Below are positions 1 through 9,009 of a stretch of DNA of 56,716 nt, one piece after another. How positions within the stretch are numbered: the stretch's first letter is position 1; the number at the start of each line of letters is the position of its first letter. The position numbers and the translations under genes are program-made. The notes beneath the pieces are model-generated. The model saw only the letters and a program-made list of their open reading frames with translations, was not told the DNA's origin and did not search any database. The DNA comes from a virus (Duplodnaviria > Caudoviricetes). The DNA lies in the IMG/VR virus record IMGVR_UViG_3300025407_000978, positions 1-56,716 of that record; one strand, 5' to 3'.

Positions 1-665
1 TAAATGTTATCAATAACTTTAACACGGTTTAATTGTGTACATGCAGTATCACGATGCGATTTTACTGTTCCTTTAATTTTCATTTTATCGCCAATTTTGG
101 CTGCTTTAGAATAACTAAAAAACACAGTTTTATTATCATCTGTAATAGCGGTAATATAATACCTATTATAATTACGTGAGTATATACTTCTAACTACCTC
201 AATGCCTAATGTTACTCTATCACCTATTTTTCCAATATGTTCAATTGTAGCATTAAGTAATTTTATTTCAGCATTATCACGCTGTTTAGATGCTATATAA
301 CATTTTGGTAATGACGCAATTACACTAACTTGTAAATGCCCTTCTATTTTTTCAAGACTAGCACATTCAATTGCTGTTCTATCAAAATCACTTACATATT
401 TGTCACCTAATATTTTAAAAGTAAGTCCTTTATAATATTGTCGCACAAGTTTACCTTGTGTGCGATCCTCATCGGTAATTTTATCAACGTTTTCGCTAAG
501 TAAACGAACCAAAGTTGTGCGATTAGAATAACTGACAACTTCGCCTTTATCGTCAAAGACTGTATCTTTTTGATACGCGCCATTAATACGAAACGCAGCA
601 CAGGCGGCAGCAAATACATCATCAGTAGGAAAATTAATATGTACACCGTTTTTAACTTGCGACAT
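1..665 (-). CDS. Hypothetical phage protein with a probable C-terminal OB-fold (stop codon at or beyond the window edge)
   Basis: Not in the ORF track. Read manually from ATG at 665 (AAGGA upstream): MSQVKNGVHINFPTDDVFAAACAAFRING...KMKIKGTVKSHRDTACTQLNRVKVIDNI, open for 221 codons, next codon TA- truncated by the edge. Confidence 0.8.
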   Translation of the reverse strand, partial: MSQVKNGVHINFPTDDVFAAACAAFRINGAYQKDTVFDDKGEVVSYSNRTTLVRLLSENVDKITDEDRTQGKLVRQYYKGLTFKILGDKYVSDFDRTAIECASLEKIEGHLQVSVIASLPKCYIASKQRDNAEIKLLNATIEHIGKIGDRVTLGIEVVRSIYSRNYNRYYITAITDDNKTVFFSYSKAAKIGDKMKIKGTVKSHRDTACTQLNRVKVIDNI

Positions 666-676
666 AACAACATCCT

Positions 677-883
677 TTAGTGACTGGACACTTGTGTGAT
701 TTGTTTATGGTCGAGAATAACAGTATCGCGGATTGCCCCGTAAACGTTTATGGGCTTATCTAATTTAACGTGATGATGAATGTCACCACCATAAGCAACA
801 CGACTTAACGTTACTTTGCCACGTACAAAAATTTCACTTAAGTAATGACCGCTGACGATCAAGCCTTCTAAGTCCCAATTCAT
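677..883 (-). CDS. Hypothetical protein
   Basis: 68 aa ORF with AGGAG RBS, co-oriented with neighbours. Confidence 0.75.
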   Translation of the reverse strand: MNWDLEGLIVSGHYLSEIFVRGKVTLSRVAYGGDIHHHVKLDKPINVYGAIRDTVILDHKQITQVSSH

Positions 884-978
884 ATTGTGCTCCTAATCTC
901 TACTCTGTATATATTATTATACAGAATTGTATCCAAAAAGCAAGAACTAAATTTCCAACAAAATCAATGACTTACAGT

Positions 979-2454
979 TTACCGCATAAACCATTGCTTT
1001 ACAATACCTTCAGCAGGCTTATTTCTGATACTTCTGCCTATTGCGGGAAACGTAGGCCCGTTCATTGACATAAAATCGTCTGAAAAATATCCATCTATTT
1101 GTACAATTGATCCTGTAGGAAGAGTAGCCGAATTAATTGTTTCCAACATTGCTTCTATAATGATTGCTTGCTCATTAAATGCAGGAGTAGTATTTAACTC
1201 AATGCAAGTGTTTGAACCAGTTGGGCTGGTTGTACCCATTGGGAATGTTACCCCACCAATGGTATTTTCACACATGTATTCTTCCATGTAACCTGGTTGA
1301 GATAGATAATTTTTACGTGATTGTACGTCTCCATATATTATAAGTGGCTTGTTATATTTTGCCGATAAATCAGTCCAATTGGAAACCATATATGCAGTTG
1401 CGTAATCTTGTTTAACCGTATCAACTGTTAAATTGCTATCTGTACTTGCAGGATTACTTATCCAATATGGATAATTTGCATATGCCATAACATAATCAAT
1501 TTTGGATAAAATATAAGCAGAATTGTCTAACAAGCTATTATCTACAACAAACTTTTTACCAGTGTATACTGATGATACGGATTTAATTATATTTTCGTAT
1601 GCAGTAACAAATTGTTGAATTGATTGCGTGCTACCATCACCTTTATCACTATACAAACATGGACAATCCATTTGCCAAATATCAACATTAAGTGATTGCA
1701 TTGTATTGGCTTGATTTACCATATAAGTTTGTAAAGAATTTAGCCAATAACTATAATTCTGTGTATTACCTGCAGGTGTTGAAATGTTTTGCCCGTTAGA
1801 ATTAACACAGCATAAAATTGCATTTGTAACTTGGACTTTAATTCCTGCCGCGTGTGCAATGTTAACCTCGCTTGCAAATTCAGAATCACTTAATGAGTTT
1901 TTAGTATCAGGTGTAAAAGTATAACTTCCATCATTATTTTGAATTGCATTGTAATAACGTGCAATTTGAACTACATCAACACCTAATGATTTTAATCTTG
2001 TAACTGTTCGGCTAAATTCTGTTACATTGTCTGGTGTTGGACAGGAAGTTGTTATCGATGTATTACTTGTATATGTTGTTTTTGGTGTAATATCGTTTAC
2101 AACAATTGATCTAAGTAAATTCTTATTTAATGAATTGCCGGTTACATATGGTAAAGTTTGAGGTCCATTCCAACTTAGCGGATAAGTTACTACACTATTA
2201 TCAATATCGCAAAATGCATTTGCATCAACTAATGTAACAGTGTTTTGATAACTTGAGGGATAACTTATTTGTGAAACATCTGTGGGTACTGATACAGTAG
2301 GCACAGTAGTAGACACCATATTGTTTGTGCTAGTAGCTACAGTAGTGGTAGTTGAGGTTACTCCCTGTTTACTAACAGGAGTTGTGGTATTATTACTGCC
2401 ACCGCCCCCGCATCCTACTAGAACGGTTAACCCAAAAATAACTAGCTTTTTCAT
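979..2454 (-). CDS. Lipoprotein with a glycoside-hydrolase-like TIM barrel (GH113-like)
   Basis: Signal peptide and lipobox LVGC, Thr-rich linker, RLKSLGVDVVQI and AHAAGIKVQV barrel motifs, C-terminal IRNKPAEGIVKQWF. Confidence 0.55.
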   Translation of the reverse strand: MKKLVIFGLTVLVGCGGGGSNNTTTPVSKQGVTSTTTTVATSTNNMVSTTVPTVSVPTDVSQISYPSSYQNTVTLVDANAFCDIDNSVVTYPLSWNGPQTLPYVTGNSLNKNLLRSIVVNDITPKTTYTSNTSITTSCPTPDNVTEFSRTVTRLKSLGVDVVQIARYYNAIQNNDGSYTFTPDTKNSLSDSEFASEVNIAHAAGIKVQVTNAILCCVNSNGQNISTPAGNTQNYSYWLNSLQTYMVNQANTMQSLNVDIWQMDCPCLYSDKGDGSTQSIQQFVTAYENIIKSVSSVYTGKKFVVDNSLLDNSAYILSKIDYVMAYANYPYWISNPASTDSNLTVDTVKQDYATAYMVSNWTDLSAKYNKPLIIYGDVQSRKNYLSQPGYMEEYMCENTIGGVTFPMGTTSPTGSNTCIELNTTPAFNEQAIIIEAMLETINSATLPTGSIVQIDGYFSDDFMSMNGPTFPAIGRSIRNKPAEGIVKQWFMR

Positions 2455-2512
2455 AAAAACCCAAAATAACCAAATAGATTTCTATTATATGCTACTATTA
2501 TCAATAAATCAA

Positions 2513-2725
2513 CTAACTATGGAACTTTACTTGTGGTAACTTTGTGTCGTCAATTGCTTGGTTTATGATATTAACACAAACTGCCACACATTCATTACAA
2601 ATGGCAATGCCCTTTTCATTTGTTACCAAACGAAAAACTTCGCTTTGTGGTTTACTACAAAAATCACAGTTTACTTCAGTTGTTTGAATTTGTTGTGATT
2701 GTTCATTTTGGGTTACGTCAGTCAT
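2513..2725 (-). CDS. Stand-alone ClpX-type C4 zinc-finger protein
   Basis: CDFCSK...LV...AICNECVAVC matches the ClpX zinc-binding domain pattern. Confidence 0.8.
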   Translation of the reverse strand: MTDVTQNEQSQQIQTTEVNCDFCSKPQSEVFRLVTNEKGIAICNECVAVCVNIINQAIDDTKLPQVKFHS

Positions 2726-2862
2726 TATCGTCCTCTTCCTGTTTTACGAACTGTTGGTTTGCCAAATCCTTTACTAGGTTTTGGACCTTTACCTTGTTTA
2801 AAATTGTTTGGGTTAAATCCCGTCTTCTGTGTTGGAATACCCTTGTTCTTTTTGTCTGTCAT
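2725..2862 (-). CDS. Small basic K/G/R-rich protein (45 aa)
   Basis: Not in the track. AGGAG RBS; MTDKKNKGIPTQKTGFNPNNFKQGKGPKPSKGFGKPTVRKTGRGR*; stop overlaps the next ATG (TAATG). Confidence 0.7.
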   Translation of the reverse strand: MTDKKNKGIPTQKTGFNPNNFKQGKGPKPSKGFGKPTVRKTGRGR

Positions 2863-3274
2863 AGATTTGCTCCTGTGATATCAAATAATCTATTAATGTG
2901 CCGCCATATAACCCTATCATCATGGCAACCTTGCCATCATATACTGTTACTTTTTGATCACCAATATGATATGGGCAGCGCAAAAAACGTCCACAACTTA
3001 AAGTAAATTTATTAATCCAATAATCGTCTAAATATTTTGTATTTAATAAAGTATTGACATCTCTATCAAAAATTGGATAACTATAACTTTCAATACACGC
3101 AATGTCAAAATATCTTTTCCCCTCAAGTGTTAATCGTAGACTATTACCCTGACGTCCAGTTTCAAACCAACTGAATACCATTTTATCTATTGTTTTGGGT
3201 GGCCGTTGATCGCTTGGCAGTTGATCAAATATTGCTGCTACTAATTGATGTTTTAAAGTATTCTGGTTACTCAT
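2813..3274 (-). CDS. Hypothetical protein
   Basis: 153 aa, overlapping junctions with neighbours. Confidence 0.75.
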   Translation of the reverse strand: MSNQNTLKHQLVAAIFDQLPSDQRPPKTIDKMVFSWFETGRQGNSLRLTLEGKRYFDIACIESYSYPIFDRDVNTLLNTKYLDDYWINKFTLSCGRFLRCPYHIGDQKVTVYDGKVAMMIGLYGGTLIDYLISQEQIYDRQKEQGYSNTEDGI

Positions 3275-3560
3275 CAGGGTATACGCGCCTACCTGTCGTT
3301 AAGAAAACGACTGAAAACTTATCTGTCTTAAATAGCGCGTTAAGTTTTCTACATAGGTTTCTAGCATGACCTGGATTGCTAAAACTAGTCTTTTTATATT
3401 TTGGCGCATTATCATTGTTAAGATAATGACTACTTTTTAAATTAATAGGCTGATCGTCATAATACACAGACCAAATACCGCTGGCTTCAACGATCTGTTC
3501 AGTCTTATATGTATTTTTATCTACATACTCTAATATGACTTTTGGCTGAGTTCTGCTCAC
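3267..3560 (-). CDS. Hypothetical phage protein
   Basis: 97 aa, coupled start/stop. Confidence 0.75.
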   Translation of the reverse strand: MSRTQPKVILEYVDKNTYKTEQIVEASGIWSVYYDDQPINLKSSHYLNNDNAPKYKKTSFSNPGHARNLCRKLNALFKTDKFSVVFLTTGRRVYPDE

Positions 3561-3754
3561 TTAAACGTACCGCCTTTAATTTCAACCTGTAAAACCTTGT
3601 CATCTATATTGTTTTTTAAATTATGTAAGTCAATTAATATTGACATAATTTCATCACGCAATCCCCTAGCATCAGTCATAGGCATTACTAAATCTTTTGT
3701 TCGTTTGCTTTCTAGTAATGAGACTTTATCCATGAAATTTTTAACGTGAATCAT
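3557..3754 (-). CDS. Hypothetical protein
   Basis: 65 aa, 4-bp overlaps on both sides. Confidence 0.7.
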   Translation of the reverse strand: MIHVKNFMDKVSLLESKRTKDLVMPMTDARGLRDEIMSILIDLHNLKNNIDDKVLQVEIKGGTFK

Positions 3755-4206
3755 TGTGTATTTATATGTGCCAAGGCTTCAATTTCAGTTTTATAGGGTC
3801 CTTTATAAGGATATCGTTGAATAAAAATGTATTTTGGACAGAATTGTACCTCTTTTACACCATTTTGTTCCACTACAAAGTATCCTGCAGCCTGCAAACA
3901 TTTACTTTTTTCTTCGGTTGTGAACAAATGTAACTTACGTTTGATATCAAATACTGAATTATAGACTTTTTCTGGAGTAGGATACTCTGGGTAGGGCATT
4001 TCTACTTTACTATTATTAGTTTTAATTGGTTCAAAACGAATTTTTACTTTTTCTTTAATTTCTTCAGTATTGTTAAATTGTAAAAAATTGTCATTTAACT
4101 TTACTTCATAACCTGCATTATTGGCAGTTACATTGCCTACTTTCTTTTCACCGTCGGTAACTACCCAATACTGATCTTTAATAATTGGTTTTGCTACAAG
4201 TATCAT
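3751..4206 (-). CDS. Hypothetical phage protein
   Basis: Likely start MILVAKP at 4206, overlapping the upstream TGA. Confidence 0.75.
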   Translation of the reverse strand: MILVAKPIIKDQYWVVTDGEKKVGNVTANNAGYEVKLNDNFLQFNNTEEIKEKVKIRFEPIKTNNSKVEMPYPEYPTPEKVYNSVFDIKRKLHLFTTEEKSKCLQAAGYFVVEQNGVKEVQFCPKYIFIQRYPYKGPYKTEIEALAHINTQ

Positions 4207-4760
4207 TGTGTACTCCAACTAACTCCAAAAAACATACGCATATAATTATGCTCTAATGTGTGTTTAATTTTGTTTATCCAATGTTCTTCATCACGTGAAT
4301 AAACAATCAATCTATTGGGTTTAGGTAATACTTCTGCGCTATTAACACAAAACTCACCGCCCCAATCATCTTCCCAATAATTGTGAGTGTATAAAAAAGT
4401 TGATAGACTTTTTTCAGGTGTACTGTTACGCACAATACCATCAAAATGTTTTCCAACTAAATGATTTTTATCGCCATATTGATACCAAACACTATATGCC
4501 ATTGGATCAACATAACCTAAAGTCAATAATGTCTCACGCATTTTTTCTATTGCAGGAACAATCTCAATACCTAGCAAAACTTTACTTTCAGTATAATCGT
4601 GATCATTGCTAGACGTTCTAATTCTAACTGCTTGATTTTCAGAAGGAAAATTTGTATGTCCTATATCCTGACGTAACCCGTGTTTATAACGCTTAAGCAT
4701 TTTTTGATTAAGCGGGACAAATTGAGTACCTAGTAAAAAATCGTCAAAATAACTAATCAT
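4203..4760 (-). CDS. 2OG-Fe(II) oxygenase (prolyl-hydroxylase-like)
   Basis: HFD (HxD), WEDDWGGE, PKPNRLIV, distal H and R. Confidence 0.8.
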   Translation of the reverse strand: MISYFDDFLLGTQFVPLNQKMLKRYKHGLRQDIGHTNFPSENQAVRIRTSSNDHDYTESKVLLGIEIVPAIEKMRETLLTLGYVDPMAYSVWYQYGDKNHLVGKHFDGIVRNSTPEKSLSTFLYTHNYWEDDWGGEFCVNSAEVLPKPNRLIVYSRDEEHWINKIKHTLEHNYMRMFFGVSWSTQ

Positions 4761-4763
4761 ACA

Positions 4764-5072
4764 CTAAATTTTCTTTAAATATTTGAATAAATCATTTTTA
4801 TTTTTTGGAGTCCAGTATTTACCCTTAGGTCCACATTTATCTTTTTCTCCTATAAATCTTTCTGCTCGTTCGTTATAACACTTTTCATAGTTTCTATTAG
4901 GTTTTTCAACAACTGTGCCAACTACAGGGCTATGTGTAACAACAGGGGTAGCATTAGTTCTTGTACATACATATTCAAAATCTTCATCTTTAGCAAAAAA
5001 TAGTATGTTGCCAAACTTAGTCATAAAAGGAATTTTGCCGTACTTACAATCTTTACAAAAATATTTACTCAT
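4764..5072 (-). CDS. Hypothetical Cys-containing protein
   Basis: CKDCKY...C...C...CG pattern. Confidence 0.7.
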   Translation of the reverse strand: MSKYFCKDCKYGKIPFMTKFGNILFFAKDEDFEYVCTRTNATPVVTHSPVVGTVVEKPNRNYEKCYNERAERFIGEKDKCGPKGKYWTPKNKNDLFKYLKKI

Positions 5073-6066
5073 GTAATATACCTATATATGGAGAGTTTAA
5101 CCATTTAGCAAACGTATCTGATTGTTCGCTAATTTTGTTTAATTCGTACTTGCCACAGAATCGCATAAAATGTACACCCACTTGAGGTACTGTGGTTGTG
5201 CGTACATCATTCTTAATTGTTTCATCAAACAACACCTTAAACTCGTCAGGTTGTGCGGTTAAATCAATTAACACACGATTACGTTCATAATCATCACGCA
5301 CACGATGCTCAACACCATCGTGATCAGACCAACGCTGTAGCATCATATTGTTCCAATTGAAACCTTGCTTATGACGATCAGCATATGCCTCAATCAATCC
5401 AATTTTGTTTTTGCTACCTTTAGTACGTACACCTGGATATGCACTAAACACGTTGTCAGTGCTGTCACCGCGCATACACTTTTCAAATAGTAAAAATTGT
5501 GGGTCACCTAATAGTTTTGGCTCTTTTGTTTTCTTGTCAACAATGAGTCGTCCTTTCTCATCGTGATAGCCTTCAAGTGTAATATATTGATTGCTTACGC
5601 CATTATATTGTGTAACACGCTCATTAATCAATTGTACATAGTCAGTATCGCTACTGATAATAACATGTTCATCATCTGGGTGTAATGCGATAAAACGCGC
5701 AATCATATCGTCAGCCTCACCATTAGGATGACGCAACACACTAGTATTAGTTTTCTCACGCAAGTAATTGGTAAACATTTCATATGTTTCCCAAAACATC
5801 TTGTTTTCTTCAATCTCACTTTCAGTCATAGCACTTTCGTCAAGTTTACGATTAGCCTTGTAGGGCTTATAGTAATCTTTACGCCAGCTACGACCCTCAA
5901 GACAGAACACAACATGGTCAATGCCAAATCGTTTTACTGCTTGATTGACACTACTTAGTGTAAGATGTAATGCCATTCCAACCTTTTCCCATGTTTCAGT
6001 ATTGCGACTGGCAATATGTCGGGCACGGAAGAATGTATTTGCTGTATCAATTAATGCGTATTTCAT
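5065..6066 (-). CDS. rnh: T4 RNase H-like 5'-3' exonuclease / flap endonuclease
   Basis: IDxxN, SWRK..Y..YK.NR, EADD, SSDTDYVQL and GDSTDNV FEN-family acidic motifs. Confidence 0.9.
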   Translation of the reverse strand: MKYALIDTANTFFRARHIASRNTETWEKVGMALHLTLSSVNQAVKRFGIDHVVFCLEGRSWRKDYYKPYKANRKLDESAMTESEIEENKMFWETYEMFTNYLREKTNTSVLRHPNGEADDMIARFIALHPDDEHVIISSDTDYVQLINERVTQYNGVSNQYITLEGYHDEKGRLIVDKKTKEPKLLGDPQFLLFEKCMRGDSTDNVFSAYPGVRTKGSKNKIGLIEAYADRHKQGFNWNNMMLQRWSDHDGVEHRVRDDYERNRVLIDLTAQPDEFKVLFDETIKNDVRTTTVPQVGVHFMRFCGKYELNKISEQSDTFAKWLNSPYIGILHE

Positions 6067-6100
6067 AATATGTGTATATTATACTAAATTTTGGGCAATG

Positions 6101-6547
6101 TCAAACTATTTTTTGTAAAAAATAATCAGGTTTTTCTTTGATATCGGTAAAATATTTACTGGGTTGATAGGGCAAGTGTTTTGATTTTACCCTATAAATT
6201 TCATTATATTCACTGGCAACCATTCTTTCTTCAATAACATTGATCATTTCTTGTAAATTATTAAGTTCACTATTTGGGTCAATCCATTCTAATTTTTTGT
6301 TAATCAGAACCAATAATTCACTACGATATTCATTTTTAAACCAACGTTCTAATGCTCTAATTTGTGATTGTTTACCGTAGTATAAATGACAGAACTTTTG
6401 TATTGATGCAGAAGGATAGCAATATCCTTTGGTCAATCTACGTTCTAAGTTATTGGTAATACCAAATCCTTTGATATTATTATGCCACAACTCAATTAGA
6501 TAAAACCAAGAACACTCACCAGGTAATATTATTTTGGACATATTCAT
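6101..6547 (-). CDS. GIY-YIG-like (T5orf172-type) domain protein
   Basis: FYLIEL...GFGITNNLERRL...ALE. Confidence 0.5.
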   Translation of the reverse strand: MNMSKIILPGECSWFYLIELWHNNIKGFGITNNLERRLTKGYCYPSASIQKFCHLYYGKQSQIRALERWFKNEYRSELLVLINKKLEWIDPNSELNNLQEMINVIEERMVASEYNEIYRVKSKHLPYQPSKYFTDIKEKPDYFLQKIV

Positions 6548-7691
6548 CTACCTTATTTTTAATTTCGTCAGGTAAATAATCGTAAATATCCTTGTTATTA
6601 TGAACATAGTTATAAGCATGACTAGTTACTTGACAATTACCATTTAATTTTAAATAAATCTTTTGCATAATAGCTAAAAAGCAATCATCTGTAGGATTGG
6701 GAATTTTTTTAGCTAATGGATTACATGCTCTGAACCATTTTTCATGTGTATTAACTACTACAATGCGAGCACCAGCAAGGTCAGTGAAAAAATCAAAAAC
6801 AATTGCATTTAAATGGTCTGAAAGTTTGTTTAATTGTTTTTTAGTCCAACCAATACTTTTACCATAACTAATCATATTGCCATAAAAACCATAAGCAGCA
6901 TCATCAAGATGCGTGCCATGCCAATGTGCTTTATGTCGTTCTAATGCAAATTCTACTTGATAATAATCGTATTTGTACAATGCTTGCACTGAACTAATAG
7001 TACCGGCTTTACCTTTATAAACACTTTGTGGGCTAACAGGAATAGCCTCGTATTTTTCACAAAGGTCTTGTAGCACAACATTCTCCTCAAACATTTTTCC
7101 ATAATGAGTGGGATATTGTCGAGCAAGGCCTACTTTAGTTTTATGTTGGTCAAAGCTAGTCCATTTCTTTTGACCTAAACCGTTACGTGACAATGCACTA
7201 TATGCAGGCAAACCTGCACTTGCATTTGGAATCGTATATGATGCATACTTCGCTTTTAACCAATTTTTAGGGTCAACTTCTTTGATAAGACCATGTTTAC
7301 AAAACAACGCAAAATTACAAATACCGTGCATTGTGTCAAAATTAAAAAGGTCACCTTTAACATCGGCAAGAAAAACAGGACTTGTCAGTGATGGATTAAA
7401 AACGGTTATAATCTTTGCGATATGATCTAATAGTAAATCACGCTGTGCGATCTCGTCAAACAATACATCACCAATTGTCACGTATCCAGATTTACCAAAA
7501 TCATTAATACTAAATTGCACATTCTGTGCCTTAAGATTATTGATGGCATCCATAATTTGTTTATTTTGTTCAGCCAAATCAATAAGACTGGTTATCTTTT
7601 TTGGTTTTCGCTGTTTAAGATTCTTGTTATCTACTGCATTGTAGATTTTAGAAATATTTACTGCTTGACCTTTAGGAATTTTTAATTTCAT
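6516..7691 (-). CDS. Hypothetical protein with a ParB/DndB-like N-terminal region
   Basis: AQRDL..HIAKI...F.P....PV and DTMHG resemble ParB-like QR and DGQHR motifs. Confidence 0.45.
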   Translation of the reverse strand: MKLKIPKGQAVNISKIYNAVDNKNLKQRKPKKITSLIDLAEQNKQIMDAINNLKAQNVQFSINDFGKSGYVTIGDVLFDEIAQRDLLLDHIAKIITVFNPSLTSPVFLADVKGDLFNFDTMHGICNFALFCKHGLIKEVDPKNWLKAKYASYTIPNASAGLPAYSALSRNGLGQKKWTSFDQHKTKVGLARQYPTHYGKMFEENVVLQDLCEKYEAIPVSPQSVYKGKAGTISSVQALYKYDYYQVEFALERHKAHWHGTHLDDAAYGFYGNMISYGKSIGWTKKQLNKLSDHLNAIVFDFFTDLAGARIVVVNTHEKWFRACNPLAKKIPNPTDDCFLAIMQKIYLKLNGNCQVTSHAYNYVHNNKDIYDYLPDEIKNKVDEYVQNNITW

Positions 7692-7735
7692 ACTTTGCCT
7701 TGCCGAATATACGGCTTTTGTTAAAAACTACGTAT

Positions 7736-7764
7736 ATTATAACTAACTAAAAAATAAATGTCAA
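7736..7764 (-). promoter_or_regulatory. Consensus sigma70 promoter
   Basis: Minus strand TTGACA-17 bp-TATAAT upstream of the ATG at 7691. Confidence 0.8.
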
Positions 7765-7791
7765 GTTTTTAAACCAGCGTAAGTTATTGAT

Positions 7792-8232
7792 TTAACTGAC
7801 TTCTGAGCGTCCGTTTCCAATATCTCTACTTCTTATAACTCGCATGTCACTGATCATATCCCGATTTGAGGGGTCGGCTTGATCTTGTTCATAAATTTCT
7901 AATGCAATATTACGGCATACAGTTTGGAACCAGCGATCTACGATCTCTGCGTCTGTATCAGTCTGTTTAATCTTATACCCTTGTTTGACTAAATTAACTA
8001 CAAACTTGTCATTCCAATCTAGTTCAAAACTACCATTTCCCAAATCGTCAGGACTGACTTCTACTTTTAAAATGGCAATATAAGGTTCACCCTGTTGTGT
8101 AGCCTTTTCCTTTTCACTTAATGTAACCTCTTTTTGCTTTTTTGGCTGTTTAGGCTTTTTGGGCTTTTCAGCTACAGGTTCAGGCTTAGGCGGCTCTGGT
8201 TTCTTGAATAAATTTTTGATTTTGTTTAACAT
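7792..8232 (-). CDS. Hypothetical phage protein
   Basis: 146 aa, Pro/Lys-rich N-terminus, ELDWNDKFV core. Confidence 0.8.
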   Translation of the reverse strand: MLNKIKNLFKKPEPPKPEPVAEKPKKPKQPKKQKEVTLSEKEKATQQGEPYIAILKVEVSPDDLGNGSFELDWNDKFVVNLVKQGYKIKQTDTDAEIVDRWFQTVCRNIALEIYEQDQADPSNRDMISDMRVIRSRDIGNGRSEVS

Positions 8233-8292
8233 TTACATAATCCTTGTATAACTTATTATGCATGATAGTTTATAATATATCAATACATTTGG

Positions 8293-8373
8293 TATAAATA
8301 AAAATGAGGGTCGCGGAACTGCAAATACCCAACTACTCTAATGCTAAGAGGAGCTATCAGCATGACTATTTAT
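8293..8373 (+). promoter_or_regulatory. Late promoter and RBS-sequestering hairpin of the homing endonuclease
   Basis: TATAAATA at 8293; ATGCT (8341) can pair with AGCAT (8359), enclosing AGGAG and overlapping the ATG; reverse ATAAATA at 8367-8373. Confidence 0.55.
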
Positions 8374-9009
8374 ACGCATTATTTGTACTGGATTCATTTA
8401 CCAGAGCATACTGATTATACCAAAGAAGGATACATCGGCGTAACAAATAATCCAATCCGACGACTTAATGAGCACCGAAATGCTTCAAAGAACCGTAATG
8501 ACAAAAATCCTTATTTCGGTAGAATTCTCAACAAATATAAAGACACCGTGATTCAAACTATATTAATAAGTGATACTGAAGAAAATTGCTATAAGCAAGA
8601 AGAACTTCTGCGACCGAAAAAAAATATAGGTTGGAATGCTAATAAGGGAGGAAATAAACCTCCCTCTAAATTAGGGTGGAAACCTAATGAGGCGACACTC
8701 AAAAAAAGATCAGCATCTTTAAAGAGAATCCCGAGAAATGAAATTTGGAAGAAAAACTTATCAGAAGCCAAACAAGGTGCTAAAAACGGTATGTATGGAA
8801 AGAAAATACCATGCAGTGAGACTAGAGCCCTAAGCATTTCTCAATCTAGAAAAACCACACTAGATAAGTATCGTTTAATGTCTCAAGAAGAATTTTCAAT
8901 TTGGGTAAAGTCTCAAAACCTACATAGAAAAGACGGTGCCGTAAATTCTAACGTGACTAGAGCAATACTAGCCAGAAGCGAAAATCCCAAAGATTATTAT
9001 AAAAATTAG
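8362..9009 (+). mobile_element. Free-standing GIY-YIG-type homing endonuclease with NUMOD3-like repeats
   Basis: LYWI...GYIGVT.NP.RR..EH; GWN...GG; NGMYGKK; opposite strand to its neighbours. Confidence 0.8.

Noticed and set aside
407-673. 88 aa ORF in the track
   Set aside because: Out-of-frame shadow of the longer reading frame 1..665, which has an RBS
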